The notes beneath the pieces are model-generated. The model ran no database searches and was not told the DNA's origin. It saw only the letters and a program-made list of their open reading frames with translations. A stretch of DNA of 63,889 nucleotides, counting the filler, from Octopus bimaculoides (taxonomy: Eukaryota): NCBI RefSeq assembly GCF_001194135.2. It is 8 parts of 6 records of this genome, joined end to end, with 100 filler letters (N's around TTAATTAATTAA, not from the genome) between each part and the next. Parts side by side here need not be neighbours in the genome. Positions count along the whole stretch, not along the records: positions 60,465 to 63,889 come from NC_068982.1; 7 more parts are not named here. One strand, written 5' to 3'. This document shows positions 63,006 through 63,889 of the stretch, one piece after another; within the stretch, counting starts at the first letter, position 1; each line of letters opens with the position of its first letter. The position numbers were made by a program, and so were the translations under genes.

Positions 63006-63286
63006 CACACACATATATATATATAATATTTATATATATCATCATCANNNNNNNNNNATACACACACATATATATATATAATATTTATATATATCATCAT
63101 CATCATCATCATCGTTTAACGTCCGCTTTCCATGCTAGCATGAGTTGGACGATTTGACTGAGGACTGGTGAAACCGGATGGCAACACCAGGGTCCAATCC
63201 AAACAATGAACAAGCAAGAAGAAAAATAATGTGAGGACGTGGTACAAGTACTGTATTATCAGATGCTCAGGAAAGAAGGAAAGAGG

Positions 63287-63321
63287 ATTTAACATTTCGA
63301 GCCAAGCTCTTCTTCAGAAAT
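63287..63321 (-). ncRNA. Minimal type I hammerhead motif, CUGAAGA core
   Basis: ATTT-CTGAAGA-A-GAGC-ttg-GCTC-GAAAT-GTT-AAAT. Confidence 0.65.
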
Positions 63322-63381
63322 AGAGGAAAGTCCAAAGGAAGGGAAAATGGAGGAAGAAAACCACCAATGATACACACATAG

Positions 63382-63413
<32 letters not shown>

Positions 63414-63682
63414 CAGGCTTCTTTCAGTTTCCATCTACCAAATTCACCCACAAGGCGTTGGATAGCCTGAGGCTATAGAAGAAGATAATTGCCCAAGGTG
63501 TCACACAGTGGGACTGAACTTGGCACTGTCTGGTTGGGAAGCAAATTTCTTACCACACAGCCACAACTGCACCTTGAGAAAAACATAAGCACTTCATAGA
63601 CTTAGAAATACAAATAACCAAAATATAACCAGGAAATCTAAATATTTAAGAAATCTTTCATGAACTTTCCATAGTGCGCTCA

Positions 63683-63889
63683 TTAACCCTTTTGATACAA
63701 ACTGACCTGAGACCACCCCTAGTTTGGTGATACAAAGGGATTTAAATCAAAGCCTTCAAACCAAATTTCATATCAATTTATTTTCCAAACATCAGATTGA
63801 CAATGATAAAGTTATTTTACCAAATTCTTAATTATTTTAAAAATTAATTAAAACAAAATCAATGTACTGTAAATCCCCGAGTATAATCC
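63683..63889 (+). mobile_element. TTAA|CCC-terminated MITE-like element (piggyBac-type end); related 3' part at 61465-61578
   Basis: Starts ttaacccttttg; body aaatt.ttaattattt.aaaaattaat..aaacaaa shared with 61490-61530, which ends gaaagggttgaa. Confidence 0.5.

Overview
AT-rich, gap-ridden eukaryotic draft sequence, most likely a coleoid cephalopod (Octopus-like). This call rests on the style of the tRNA-derived SINE families and the very dense (TA)n/(CA)n/(TACA)n/(ATT)n microsatellites. Nearly all listed ORFs are microsatellite or N-gap artefacts. The window is essentially intronic or intergenic and dominated by mobile DNA. (1) Several R4/Dong-clade non-LTR retrotransposons (RT + CCHC + restriction-like endonuclease) sit inside microsatellites: a stack of three in one (TAA)n array at 2.8-8.1 kb, and separate families associated with (TACA)n. 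(2) Two decayed Penelope-like elements (PLE; RT and/or GIY-YIG) are present, plus about ten minimal type I hammerhead-ribozyme motifs, including a family with a recurrent non-canonical CUGUUGA core and fold-back elements carrying hammerhead remnants. (3) Decayed Tc1/mariner transposons include a DD37D (maT-type) element and an inverted pair of mariner 5' halves. (4) At least five SINE families occur. One good internal coding-exon candidate is at 28739-28852 (+). Weaker candidates lie on the minus strand; one of these has a perfect 19-nt complementary partner about 480 nt downstream. No rRNA, tRNA gene or CRISPR array was seen. The seven TTAATTAATTAA islands in N runs are scaffolding linkers.
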